From an uncultured Pseudomonadota bacterium (GTDB lineage Bacteria; Myxococcota_A; Polyangia; Nannocystales; Nannocystaceae): a stretch of DNA of 29,473 bases. A model generated the notes under the pieces. It was not told the origin of the DNA. It saw nothing but the letters and a program-made list of their open reading frames with translations, and ran no database searches. Of this stretch, positions 1-7,462 are shown piece after piece. Location of the stretch: the NCBI GenBank assembly GCA_937896535.1, contig CALBMM010000222.1, positions 1 through 29,473 on the forward strand, written 5' to 3'. Position 1 is the first letter of the stretch. Each line of letters begins with the position of its first letter. Made by a program: the position numbers and the translations under genes.

Positions 1-722
1 GCCGAGACGGCCTGGCCCAGCGGAGTCTGCGGCGCGATGTCGCCGTAGCCCACGGTGGTCATGGTCACGAGCGCCCAGTACATCGAGCGCGGCACCGAGG
101 TGAACCCGTTCTCGCCTCCCTCGATCACGTGCATCGCGGCACCGACGACCATGACCACGATCATCACCGTGCCCAGGAACACCAGGATCTTCGGCATGCT
201 CGCCTTGATCGCGTGGGTCAGATCGCGCGCCTCGCCGATCATGCGGACGACCTTGAGGACCCGGAAGACCCGCAGCAGCCGCAGCGAACGAATGACGATC
301 AGCGATTGTGCGCCCGTGAAGAACAGCGACAGGAACGCGGGCAGCAGCGACGCGAGGTCGACGAGCCCGAAGAACGATACGAGGTACCGCAGTCGGCGGC
401 GCGCGCAGTAGATCCGAAGCCCGTACTCGACCATGAAGATCGCGGTGAAGATCCACTCGAGCTGCACGAGCAGCGTGCCGAAGCGGGCCTTCATCGTGGC
501 CACCGACTCGATGCTCACGAGCACGACGCTGGCGAGGATGAGCAGCAGCAGGGCGACGTCGAACGCTTTGCCGGCCGGGGTCTCGGCCTCGAAGATGATG
601 ATGTACAGACGCTCGCGCAGATCGTCGCCGTCGGCGGGGCTCGGGTCGGATCCGCGCGGTGCCGGGGCATCCGGCCGGTCCGACGGATCTGGTGGATCGG
701 ACGGATCTGGCGGCGGGGCCAT
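1..722 (-). CDS. voltage-gated K+ channel (6TM ion_trans family), N-terminal part only; the C-terminus lies beyond the window start
   Basis: Minus-strand translation from the ATG at 722-720: MAPPPDPSDPPDPSDRPD... followed by three TM segments, an S4 voltage sensor RSLRLLRVFRVLKVVR (Arg every third residue), S5, a pore helix and the K+ selectivity filter TMTTVGYGD. The ORF runs off the window edge, so it is absent from the ORF track. Confidence 0.85.
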   Translation of the reverse strand, partial: MAPPPDPSDPPDPSDRPDAPAPRGSDPSPADGDDLRERLYIIIFEAETPAGKAFDVALLLLILASVVLVSIESVATMKARFGTLLVQLEWIFTAIFMVEYGLRIYCARRRLRYLVSFFGLVDLASLLPAFLSLFFTGAQSLIVIRSLRLLRVFRVLKVVRMIGEARDLTHAIKASMPKILVFLGTVMIVVMVVGAAMHVIEGGENGFTSVPRSMYWALVTMTTVGYGDIAPQTPLGQAVS

Positions 723-823
723 GGGCCCGCAGTCTAGCAATCTCCGCCGATCCGGCGGCAGTGACCGAACCATGACCAAGTTTGACGGAGCTATGACGGC
801 AAACGCGCACCGTCGACGCGATA

Positions 824-1753
824 GTGACCGGGATGCAAGAGCTCGTTCTCGGCGATCCTCCGCCGCCCCGCGCCTCGGGCAAGCTGGCCCGCTCCTGGCG
901 AGACTATCAGTGGGCGCACGTCGTCCCGTTTGCGCTCGTACACCTGCTGAGCCTCGGCGCCATCTGGTCGGGCGTGACGGTCGAGGCCGTCGTCGTCGCG
1001 GTCGTGCTGTTCTGGGTTCGGATGTTCGGGGTGACCGGCGGCTACCACCGCTACTTCTCGCACCGCACCTTCAAGACCGGTCGCGTCTTCCAGTTCGTCT
1101 TGGCGCTGCTCGCGATGAGCTCGGCGCAGCGCGGCGTGCTGTGGTGGGCCGCGCACCATCGTGACCATCACAAGTACTCCGACTCCGACCGTGACGTGCA
1201 CTCCCCGGTCAAGTGGGGCTTTTGGCACGCGCACTTCGGCTGGATCTGGGACGGCAACGACAAGACCAACTTCCATCGCGTCAAGGACCTGGCCAAGTAT
1301 CCGGAGCTCGTGTGGCTCGACAAGCACTGGCTCGTGCCGCCCGTGGCGTTGGGTCTGGCCTGCTGGGCGCTGTGGGGCTGGTCGGGTCTGTTCGTCGGGT
1401 TCTGCCTGAGCACGTCGGTGCTGTGGAGCGCGACCTTCACGGTCAACTCGCTGGCCCACATCTGGGGCAAGCGTCGCTACGAGACCACCGATGCCAGCCG
1501 CAACAACGTGTGGCTGGCGTTGCTGACGATGGGCGAGGGGTGGCACAACAACCACCACCACTACATGGCGTCCTGCCGCCAGGGCTTTTACTGGTGGGAG
1601 ATCGACATGAGCTACTACGTCATCAAGATGCTCGGCTGGCTCGGCATCGTCTGGGACATTCGCGAGCCGCCGGCGAAGGTCTACGCCCCGGCGACGGAGA
1701 CGGTCTCGCCCGTGGCGGCCCCCGTCGCCACCGCCGACTCCGAAGCCGCCTGA
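824..1753 (+). CDS. acyl-CoA delta-9 fatty acid desaturase (membrane stearoyl-CoA desaturase family)
   Basis: 309 aa ORF carrying the three His boxes of membrane desaturases (HRYFSH, HHRDHH(KY), HNNHHH) and multiple TM segments. The GTG at 824 and the ATG at 833 are both possible starts. Confidence 0.9.
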   Translation: MTGMQELVLGDPPPPRASGKLARSWRDYQWAHVVPFALVHLLSLGAIWSGVTVEAVVVAVVLFWVRMFGVTGGYHRYFSHRTFKTGRVFQFVLALLAMSSAQRGVLWWAAHHRDHHKYSDSDRDVHSPVKWGFWHAHFGWIWDGNDKTNFHRVKDLAKYPELVWLDKHWLVPPVALGLACWALWGWSGLFVGFCLSTSVLWSATFTVNSLAHIWGKRRYETTDASRNNVWLALLTMGEGWHNNHHHYMASCRQGFYWWEIDMSYYVIKMLGWLGIVWDIREPPAKVYAPATETVSPVAAPVATADSEAA

Positions 1754-1757
1754 TCGT

Positions 1758-2177
1758 TCAGCCGCGTCGTGGCTTGTTGGCGCCGCGCTCGACCGCCTCC
1801 TCGATGGAGGCTTCGAGTCGCGGCGCTAGCACTTCGGCGAAGCGCTCGCACGTAGGGTCCTCGGCCCACCAGGCCACGAGCGCTTCGAGACCGGTCGCCT
1901 CGCGGTACGCCCGGGTGTCGCGGCGGCCGCGGCCCCCCGAGGGCGTGGCGTTGCGACCACGCGACACGACCGCGCGCTCCTCGTCCGTCAGCTCGGCATC
2001 GATCTGCGCGAGCAGCCGTGCCTGCGCCTCGGCGCGCACGAGTGAGGCCTTCATCGCGTCGAGTCGTTCGGTGGGGTAGTCGCCCCGCGCCGAGAGCCGA
2101 TGCCGCACTTCGAGCTCGAAGCGTGCGTCGCCCAGCCACGCCAGCGTGCGGATCGACCGGTCCCGAAGTCCCGTCAC
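1758..2177 (-). CDS. mrnC: Mini-ribonuclease 3 (Mini-III, 23S rRNA maturation RNase III-like)
   Basis: 139 aa with a GTG start. The motifs TLAWLGDARFELEVRHRL, KASLVRAEAQARLL and ERAVVSRGRNATPSGGRGRRDTRAYREATGLEALVAWW align with Bacillus MrnC (LALAYIGDAIFEVYVRHHL ... AVLKRGRNAKSG ... YRYSTAFEALLGY). Confidence 0.8.
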   Translation of the reverse strand: MTGLRDRSIRTLAWLGDARFELEVRHRLSARGDYPTERLDAMKASLVRAEAQARLLAQIDAELTDEERAVVSRGRNATPSGGRGRRDTRAYREATGLEALVAWWAEDPTCERFAEVLAPRLEASIEEAVERGANKPRRG

Positions 2178-2271
2178 GGGCGCGATGCTACCCCGCCAAC
2201 GCGCGATCCTGCGCGATCGGGGTCGTCGCAGGGGCGAGGTCGCGCCTTCGGCGGTATGCTGCGGGGGCGGG

Positions 2272-3252
2272 ATGCCGGAGTTCGACGAAGACGAGACGCT
2301 CGTCCAGCCCGTCGAGGGGGCCGAACCGAAGACGCGACGCCGCGGCGCGGCCCATGTGACGGTGCTGTCGGGGGGCCTGGTCGGTCACGTCTTCCGGATC
2401 GGGATCGGCGAGACCACGCTCGGGCGCGGGACCAACGCGGACATCCAGATCAACGAGGACGGGGTCAGCCGCCGCCACGCCAAGATCGTTCGGGCCGCCG
2501 ACGGCACCTCGAAGATCGAGGATCTCGAGTCGACCAACGGCACCTTCGTCAACGGCAAGCGCATCGACCTCGAGGTGCTGCGCGAGGGGGATCGGATCCG
2601 GATCGGCGGCGTGGCGACGCTCGATTTCCGCTACGAGTACCTGTCCGGCAACGAGTTGCCCAGCGAGGAGACCGACTCGGTCGCGGGCAAGGCGGGCGTC
2701 TACGACAACCTGGCCGCCACGCTCGACACCCTCGGCAAGGTGTACTCGGCGGGCAAGAACTACGAGCAGGCGCTCGAGGCCTACCGCAAGACACTGTCGA
2801 TCCGGGAGCGCAAGTTCGGGCCCAAGCACCCCGCCGTCGCGTCGATCCTCGACAACATCGGCAGCGTGCTCGTCGACAAGGGCGACACGCGCGAGGGGCT
2901 CGCCTGTCACAAGCGCGCGCTCTCGATCTACGAGGCGATACCCGGCAAGCCCCCGCCGGAGATGGCCCACGTCCTCACCCACGTCGGAGAGGCGCACCTG
3001 CGGCTGCGCGACAACGAGGCGGCCCAGCCGGTGCTCGAGCGGGCGAGCGCGCTCTTGCAGGAGCGCGATGCCACCGACGCCGAGCTCGCCCGCGTTCGAT
3101 TCGCGCTCGCGCGGGTTCGCCACGCCAAGGGCGAGACGTACGCGGCGATCGAGCTCGCCAAGCTCGCCAAAGAGGGCTACGCGAGCGCGGGGCGATCGAG
3201 CAAGGGCGACGTGGACCGGGTCGGCGACTGGATCGCCGCGCACGGCGGCTGA
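2272..3252 (+). CDS. FHA domain protein with C-terminal TPR repeats
   Basis: FHA core GHVFRIGIGETTLGRGTNADIQINEDGVSRRHAKIVR ... STNGTFVNGKRI, followed by TPR-like repeats (LGKVYSAGKNYEQALEAYRKTLSIRE ..., LACHKRALSIYEA ...). The track ORF begins at 2146 and overlaps the mrnC start; the ATG at 2272 (MPEFDEDETLVQ) is in the same frame and more plausible. Confidence 0.8.
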   Translation: MPEFDEDETLVQPVEGAEPKTRRRGAAHVTVLSGGLVGHVFRIGIGETTLGRGTNADIQINEDGVSRRHAKIVRAADGTSKIEDLESTNGTFVNGKRIDLEVLREGDRIRIGGVATLDFRYEYLSGNELPSEETDSVAGKAGVYDNLAATLDTLGKVYSAGKNYEQALEAYRKTLSIRERKFGPKHPAVASILDNIGSVLVDKGDTREGLACHKRALSIYEAIPGKPPPEMAHVLTHVGEAHLRLRDNEAAQPVLERASALLQERDATDAELARVRFALARVRHAKGETYAAIELAKLAKEGYASAGRSSKGDVDRVGDWIAAHGG

Positions 3253-3282
3253 CGACGACCCGGCGCGTCGAAGCGTCGGCTC

Positions 3283-4083
3283 CTACGCGCCCTCGAAGTT
3301 CGGCGCGCGCTTGTCCAGGATCGCCGCGACGGCCTCCTGGTGGTCACGCGTGTTCTGGGACATTCCCTGAAACGACGCGGCGAGCTCGAGCGCCGTGTCG
3401 ACGTCGAGGTCCCAGCTGCGGTACGCGGCGCGCTTGGTCAGTCGCACCGCGAGCGGGGCGTTGGCGGCGATCTCCTCGGCCCAGCGTCGCGCCGTCTCCA
3501 TCAGGGCGTCGGGGGCAGCGATTTCGTGCACCAGCCCGATCGCGAGCGCCTCGTCGGCGCCGACGAGCCGGCCGGTGAGCACCAGCGACAGCGCGCGAGA
3601 AAACCCGATCGTACGGGCGAGGAAGTACGCGCCGCCGTCGCCCGGCACGAGCCCGACCTTGACGAACGTGGAGCCGAGCTTCGCGCTCGACGACGCGATC
3701 CGGATGTCGCACATGCACGCGAGGTCCAGCCCCGCGCCGATCGCCGGCCCGTTGATCGCGGCCACGATCGGCTTGTCGAACTGCGCGAGTCGGCGGGGGA
3801 TCGTCTGGATGCCGTCGATGTACTGCCGGCGCAGCTTCACGGGTCCGCCCGCGAACATGCCGGCCCCGTCGCGCATCTGCTTGAGGTCGCCGCCGGCGTG
3901 GAAGGCCTTGCCCTCGCCGGTGAGGATGACGCACCGCACCGCGTCGTCGGCCTCCGCTGCGTCGAGGGCCGCCACGAGACTGCGCACCATCTCGCCGCTG
4001 TAGGCGTTGCGCGCGTCGGGCCGGTCGAGGGTGATCGTCGCCAGCGTCCCGGCGACCTCGTAGCGCAAGTCGGTCAGCTCCAT
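3283..4083 (-). CDS. enoyl-CoA hydratase/isomerase (crotonase superfamily)
   Basis: 266 aa with ITLDRPDARNAY, GEGKAFHAGGDLKQM, GPAIGAGLDLACMCDIRIAS and TGRLVGADEALAIGLV. The oxyanion-hole and crotonase-fold motifs are present. Confidence 0.9.
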   Translation of the reverse strand: MELTDLRYEVAGTLATITLDRPDARNAYSGEMVRSLVAALDAAEADDAVRCVILTGEGKAFHAGGDLKQMRDGAGMFAGGPVKLRRQYIDGIQTIPRRLAQFDKPIVAAINGPAIGAGLDLACMCDIRIASSSAKLGSTFVKVGLVPGDGGAYFLARTIGFSRALSLVLTGRLVGADEALAIGLVHEIAAPDALMETARRWAEEIAANAPLAVRLTKRAAYRSWDLDVDTALELAASFQGMSQNTRDHQEAVAAILDKRAPNFEGA

Positions 4084-4212
4084 GCGCCGACGTGTAGCAC
4101 GACCTCCCGGCGGGAAGATGGCCTCGCTTGCGTGGAGCTCGTACCCGACCCTCGACCGCCGCGTGCGGTGACGACGACGCCCCCGGTGGGGGCCACGGAG
4201 CGACGATTCGGC

Positions 4213-4728
4213 TCAGCCGCTGGCTTCGTGGCAGCCGTAGCAGCCGAAGCCTTCGTGGGTCTGTGGGTCGTACGGCTCGGTGTCGAGCAGCGCCGCCATC
4301 TCGGGCACGACCTGCTCGCCCATGAACTTCATGACGTCGGGCTTGGTCTGCATGAGCTCGGCGAAGTCGCCGCCCGGCGGAAGCTTGGGCAGCGACGGCG
4401 AGGGCATGTGGAACTTGCCCTCCTTGGCGCCCGGCCCGTGGCACGTCACGCAGTTGAACTCGGCGTAGTGCTCGGGGGCGACGCCGCGGAAGAGGTCGGC
4501 CATCTTCGGCGTGACCTCCTGGGCCATGTGCTGCTTCTTTTCGTCCCAGCTCATCGAGGCCCAGGTCTTCGAACCGGCGTCGGCTCCGTCGTCGCCGGCC
4601 GCCCCGCCAGCGGGGGCCGCCCCGTCCTCGCCCGATGCGGTCGGAGGCGTGGACGGAGGCGCTTGTTCCTTGCCACAGGCGAACGGAACGGCGAACAAGA
4701 GGGCAAAGACGACGACACAGCCGCGCAT
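4213..4728 (-). CDS. secreted or lipoprotein diheme c-type cytochrome
   Basis: 171 aa with an N-terminal signal peptide whose hydrophobic core ends in Cys (LLFAVPFAC), an Ala/Gly/Asp-rich linker, and two CXXCH heme-binding motifs (CVTCH, CYGCH). Confidence 0.75.
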   Translation of the reverse strand: MRGCVVVFALLFAVPFACGKEQAPPSTPPTASGEDGAAPAGGAAGDDGADAGSKTWASMSWDEKKQHMAQEVTPKMADLFRGVAPEHYAEFNCVTCHGPGAKEGKFHMPSPSLPKLPPGGDFAELMQTKPDVMKFMGEQVVPEMAALLDTEPYDPQTHEGFGCYGCHEASG

Positions 4729-4785
4729 GGCCGTACCTTCGCGTCGTGACGATCAGTTGTCGAATCAATAGTTGCCATGAAATAT

Positions 4786-4800
4786 ATTGACGTTATCAAT
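4786..4800. promoter_or_regulatory. candidate LysR-type binding box (T-N11-A palindrome ATTGA-cgtta-TCAAT) in an AT-rich divergent promoter island
   Basis: ATTGACGTTATCAAT is a dyad fitting the LysR T-N11-A motif. It sits in a roughly 70 bp AT-rich stretch (4755-4800), unusual for this 70% GC sequence, between the divergent cytochrome c and lysR-family genes; a further TCAAT/ATTGA copy lies at 4763-4769. Confidence 0.4.
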
Positions 4801-5770
4801 GTCTGGCCGATCCGGGCACACCGTCGCCAACACCAACGTCAACCAGCTCGTCGCCCTCGATGCGCTGCTGCGGACCGGGAGCGTCACCGAGGCCGCCGCG
4901 GCGACGGGCATCACCCAGTCGTCGATGAGCGCCACGCTCGCCCAGCTGCGCCGGATCTTCGCCGACCCACTGCTGGTGAGGGCCGGTCGCTCGATGCGAC
5001 CGACCCCACGCGCGGTGCAGCTGGCGGCGGACCTGCGCGAGGGGGTCGCCGCGTTCGAGCGGGTGCTGGCCGGAGATCCCCGCTTCGACCCCGCGACCAG
5101 TCGCGAGACGTTCACCCTGGCGCTGCCGGACCGGGTCGAAGTGGCGCTGCTCGGTGACCTTCTCGAGCACGTGCGGTCCGCCGCGCCGGGGGTGGGGCTT
5201 CAAGTGGTGCCGTGGGGCCGGTTCGATCCACCCGAGGGGCTGGCGACGGGCGGCATCGATCTCAGCATCGGCATTCTGCTCGCCGAGCGCCCCCGCAAGG
5301 GCGATCCGTGGCCCACGTTTCCGGACCCGATCCCGGCCGGGCACCACACGCAACGGTTGTTCGACAGCGGGCTCATCGCCGTGGTGCGCGGCGACCATCC
5401 ACGCGTCGGGCACCGCCTGACCCTCTCGGCGTTCTGCGAGCTCGACCACGTGTTGGTGACCGAGCAGCTCGGCGGTCGTGGCATCGTCGACGATGCCCTC
5501 GCCGCACTCGGCCGCTCGCGACGCGTGGCGGTACGGGTCCCTCGACACGTCCTGGTCGGCGAGCTGATCGCTCGCTCGGACCTGATCGCGACGATCGACC
5601 GACGGGTCGCCAAGCAGCACGCGCAGCGCTATGGGCTGCGACTGTTCAAGCCGCCGGTAGCCCTGCCGCGCGGCGAGTTCGGGATGATCTGGCACGCCCG
5701 AACCCACGCCGACCCGGCGCGGGTGTGGTTGCGGGCGCAGGTCGCCGAGGTCGCCCGGGCGCTGGCCTGA
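4799..5770 (+). CDS. LysR family transcriptional regulator
   Basis: N-terminal HTH NQLVALDALLRTGSVTEAAAATGITQSSMSATLAQLRR and a LysR substrate-binding domain. The track ORF starts at TTG 4787; ATG 4799 (MSGRSGH...) is in frame. Confidence 0.85.
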   Translation: MSGRSGHTVANTNVNQLVALDALLRTGSVTEAAAATGITQSSMSATLAQLRRIFADPLLVRAGRSMRPTPRAVQLAADLREGVAAFERVLAGDPRFDPATSRETFTLALPDRVEVALLGDLLEHVRSAAPGVGLQVVPWGRFDPPEGLATGGIDLSIGILLAERPRKGDPWPTFPDPIPAGHHTQRLFDSGLIAVVRGDHPRVGHRLTLSAFCELDHVLVTEQLGGRGIVDDALAALGRSRRVAVRVPRHVLVGELIARSDLIATIDRRVAKQHAQRYGLRLFKPPVALPRGEFGMIWHARTHADPARVWLRAQVAEVARALA

Positions 5771-5811
5771 CCGCCAGACGGGGCGTGGCCGCGTTCTCGA
5801 GCCGGTTCTTG

Positions 5812-5835
5812 ATAGTTAAGTCTATACTTGACTAT
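5812..5835. promoter_or_regulatory. candidate ArsR-family operator (imperfect inverted repeat ATAGTTAAG-N6-CTTGACTAT)
   Basis: A 9-6-9 inverted repeat (8 of 9 positions match) in an AT-rich segment about 28 bp upstream of the ArsR-family start. It includes TTGACT and TATACT hexamers. Confidence 0.4.
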
Positions 5836-5862
5836 TGGGGAGCCGCGCGCTACGACCAGGGC

Positions 5863-6216
5863 ATGCACGGTGCGGTCACGGCCGACGATGTCTTCTTCGC
5901 GCTCGGTGACGCTTCGCGGCGCGCGATCGTCGATCGCCTCAGCCGAGGTCCCGCGTCGGTCAGCTCCCTGGCCGAACCGCTGGACGTGACGCTCGCGGCG
6001 GTCGTTCAGCACGTGCAGGTGCTCGAGCGGTGCGGGGTCGTCCACAGCGAGAAAGTCGGTCGGGTTCGCACCTGCCAGCTCGCGTCGGAGGGACTGGCCA
6101 CCGCCGAGCGCTGGATCGCCCAACGCCGCGCGCAGTGGGAGGCCCGATTCGACCGGCTCGGCGCGCTACTGGAAGCGGAGTCGAAATCGGAATCGGACAA
6201 GGGGAAGAAGACATGA
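5863..6216 (+). CDS. ArsR/SmtB family HTH transcriptional regulator
   Basis: 117 aa with ArsR-type winged HTH ASRRAIVDRLSRGPASVSSLAEPLDVTLAAVVQHVQVLERCGVVHSEKVGRVRTCQL. The track ORF 5212..6216 extends upstream in the same frame, but the upstream part overlaps the lysR-family gene; the ATG at 5863 lies just downstream of the AT-rich operator and the lysR stop. Confidence 0.85.
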   Translation: MHGAVTADDVFFALGDASRRAIVDRLSRGPASVSSLAEPLDVTLAAVVQHVQVLERCGVVHSEKVGRVRTCQLASEGLATAERWIAQRRAQWEARFDRLGALLEAESKSESDKGKKT

Positions 6217-6671
6217 TCGGATCCATCATCCACGCGAGCTTCACCATCGAGCGCCAGTATCCCGTCCCACCGTCACGGGTCTTCGCCGCATGGGCCGACA
6301 TCGACGAGAAGGCGCAGTGGTTCGGGGGTCCGACCGATCGGTGGACGCTCCTCGAGCGTGCGTGCGACTTCCGCGTCGGGGGCGAGGAACTGCTGCTGGG
6401 ACGTTTCGGTGACGTCACCACGCGCTATCTCGCTCGCTATCACCGGATCGTCGACGATTCGGCGCTCGTGTACGCCTACGACATGCACGTCGGTGGCGCG
6501 CACCTGTCGACGTCGTTGTCGACCGTCGAGCTCGTCGCGACGTCGGGCGGCACGACGATGCGCTATCACGAACAGGCGGCGTACTTCGACGGGGAGGATG
6601 GGACGGCCTCGCGTCGCGGCGGCACCGAGGCGATCTTCGACGGGCTCGCGTCCGTCCTCGCGCGCGTGTGA
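6213..6671 (+). CDS. SRPBCC superfamily protein (AHSA1 / activator of Hsp90 ATPase homolog-like)
   Basis: 152 aa, MIGSIIHASFTIERQYPVPPSRVFAAWADIDEKAQWFGG ..., typical of the AHSA1-like SRPBCC proteins commonly paired with ArsR. Its ATG overlaps the ArsR stop (ATGA), indicating translational coupling. Confidence 0.8.
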   Translation: MIGSIIHASFTIERQYPVPPSRVFAAWADIDEKAQWFGGPTDRWTLLERACDFRVGGEELLLGRFGDVTTRYLARYHRIVDDSALVYAYDMHVGGAHLSTSLSTVELVATSGGTTMRYHEQAAYFDGEDGTASRRGGTEAIFDGLASVLARV

Positions 6672-6695
6672 CCGCCGCCGTGACCCGCGGGCCCA

Positions 6696-6715
6696 TGGGC
6701 AAGCGTGCGCTTGCC
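6696..6715 (+). terminator. GC-rich hairpin (9 bp perfect stem GGGCAAGCG/CGCTTGCCC) about 25 nt after the SRPBCC stop; possible U-tract-less terminator
   Basis: GGGCAAGCGTGCGCTTGCCC is a 20 nt palindrome read directly from the sequence. There is no T-tract after it, so terminator function is uncertain. Confidence 0.3.
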
Positions 6716-6801
6716 CCGAGGCGCACCCCGCCGAGTGCCGCCTCGTCAGTAAGGTGCCGTAATCGTGCGAATAATCGGCGACGTTGACGATGCTCGGATC
6801 T

Positions 6802-6826
6802 GGGTCATTGACGTGACCCAGGGTCA
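6802..6826. promoter_or_regulatory. candidate TetR operator: nested palindromes GGGTCA-TTGACG-TGACCC-a-GGGTCA overlapping a -35-like TTGACG
   Basis: The perfect 6-6-6 palindrome GGGTCATTGACGTGACCC (6802-6819) is followed by a third half-site GGGTCA (6821-6826), ending 7 bp upstream of the tetR-family ATG. Confidence 0.45.
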
Positions 6827-6832
6827 TGCTAG

Positions 6833-7462
6833 ATGACTCGCATCATGGCCACGCCAGCGCGAGCCCGTGCGCACGTTCGTGCCGCCCGTCGGGAAGCGTA
6901 CCGGGAGCTGATCCTCGACGCGGCCGACGATCTGTTTCGCGAGGGCGAGTACGAGCGCGTGAAGATGTCCGAGATCGCGGAAGCGGCCGGCGTCGCCAAG
7001 GGCACGCTCTACAACTACTTCGACAGCAAAGAGGCCGTGTTCGGTGCGCTCGCACAGCGATGGCGTGAGTGTCTGACGGCCGAGCTCGAGCAGGCGGTGG
7101 CCGGCAAACAGGGCATCGCCGCGTTCCGGTCGCTGCTGTGCACGGCGCTCAAGCACGTCGAGGACAACGCCGAGATGATCAACGTCTACGCGGCCGCGAC
7201 CGGCCTCGCGGTGGCCCCGGCGGCGGACCCCGGCAAGGCCGAGGGCGAGCGCCGCTTCACCGCGCTCGGCCGGCGCTTCCTCCAGGAGGCGGTGGATGCG
7301 GGCGAGCTGCGCGGCGATCTCGGCGTGGAGTTCATCTCCAACGCCGTGCACGGCATGACGCACATGGTGGTGGAGCGCTGGCGCACCGAAGGCCAACCGG
7401 CGGGTCTCGCCGATCAGGCCGCACTTGTGATGGAGCTGTTCTTGTCAGGAGCTCGACGATGA
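6833..7462 (+). CDS. TetR/AcrR family transcriptional regulator (likely repressor of the downstream efflux operon)
   Basis: TetR HTH ILDAADDLFREGEYERVKMSEIAEAAGVAKGTLYNYFDSKEAVF. An alternative ATG at 6845 is possible. Its stop overlaps the start of the next gene (ATGA). Confidence 0.85.
   Translation: MTRIMATPARARAHVRAARREAYRELILDAADDLFREGEYERVKMSEIAEAAGVAKGTLYNYFDSKEAVFGALAQRWRECLTAELEQAVAGKQGIAAFRSLLCTALKHVEDNAEMINVYAAATGLAVAPAADPGKAEGERRFTALGRRFLQEAVDAGELRGDLGVEFISNAVHGMTHMVVERWRTEGQPAGLADQAALVMELFLSGARR

Noticed and set aside
600-736. Apparent lack of an in-frame start for the K+ channel (suspected frameshift)
   Set aside because: On first pass I mis-transcribed the reverse complement (an extra G). 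Re-derivation shows the ATG at 722-720 is in frame with the channel (MAPPPDPSDPPDPSDRPD ...), so there is no frameshift.
2100-3578. 492 aa plus-strand ORF and the 351 aa minus-strand ORF 2188..3243
   Set aside because: The plus-strand ORF is in a different frame from the FHA-TPR gene and the minus-strand ORF is on the opposite strand. Their translations are extremely Arg/Pro/Gly-rich with no domain signatures.
4180-4192. CCCCC-GGT-GGGGG hairpin downstream of the cytochrome c gene as an intrinsic terminator
   Set aside because: The 5 bp stem has a 3 nt loop and no following U-tract on the transcribed strand. It is too weak to call, though it may contribute to termination.
3340-4768. Paired long ORFs (469 aa on the plus strand, 474 aa on the minus strand) spanning the crotonase and cytochrome c region
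   Set aside because: Both are Arg/Gly-rich and overlap the well-supported crotonase (3283..4083 -) and CXXCH cytochrome (4213..4728 -) genes in other frames.
5212-5862. N-terminal 217 aa of track ORF 5212..6216
   Set aside because: This part overlaps the lysR-family gene in another frame and is Arg/Pro-rich. Only the C-terminal 117 aa from ATG 5863 correspond to the ArsR domain.
7069-7458. N-terminal extension of the membrane-fusion-protein ORF (track start 7069)
   Set aside because: It overlaps tetR in another frame and is Arg/Gly-rich. The lipoprotein signal peptide begins at the ATG at 7459, which also gives the ATGA overlap with tetR.
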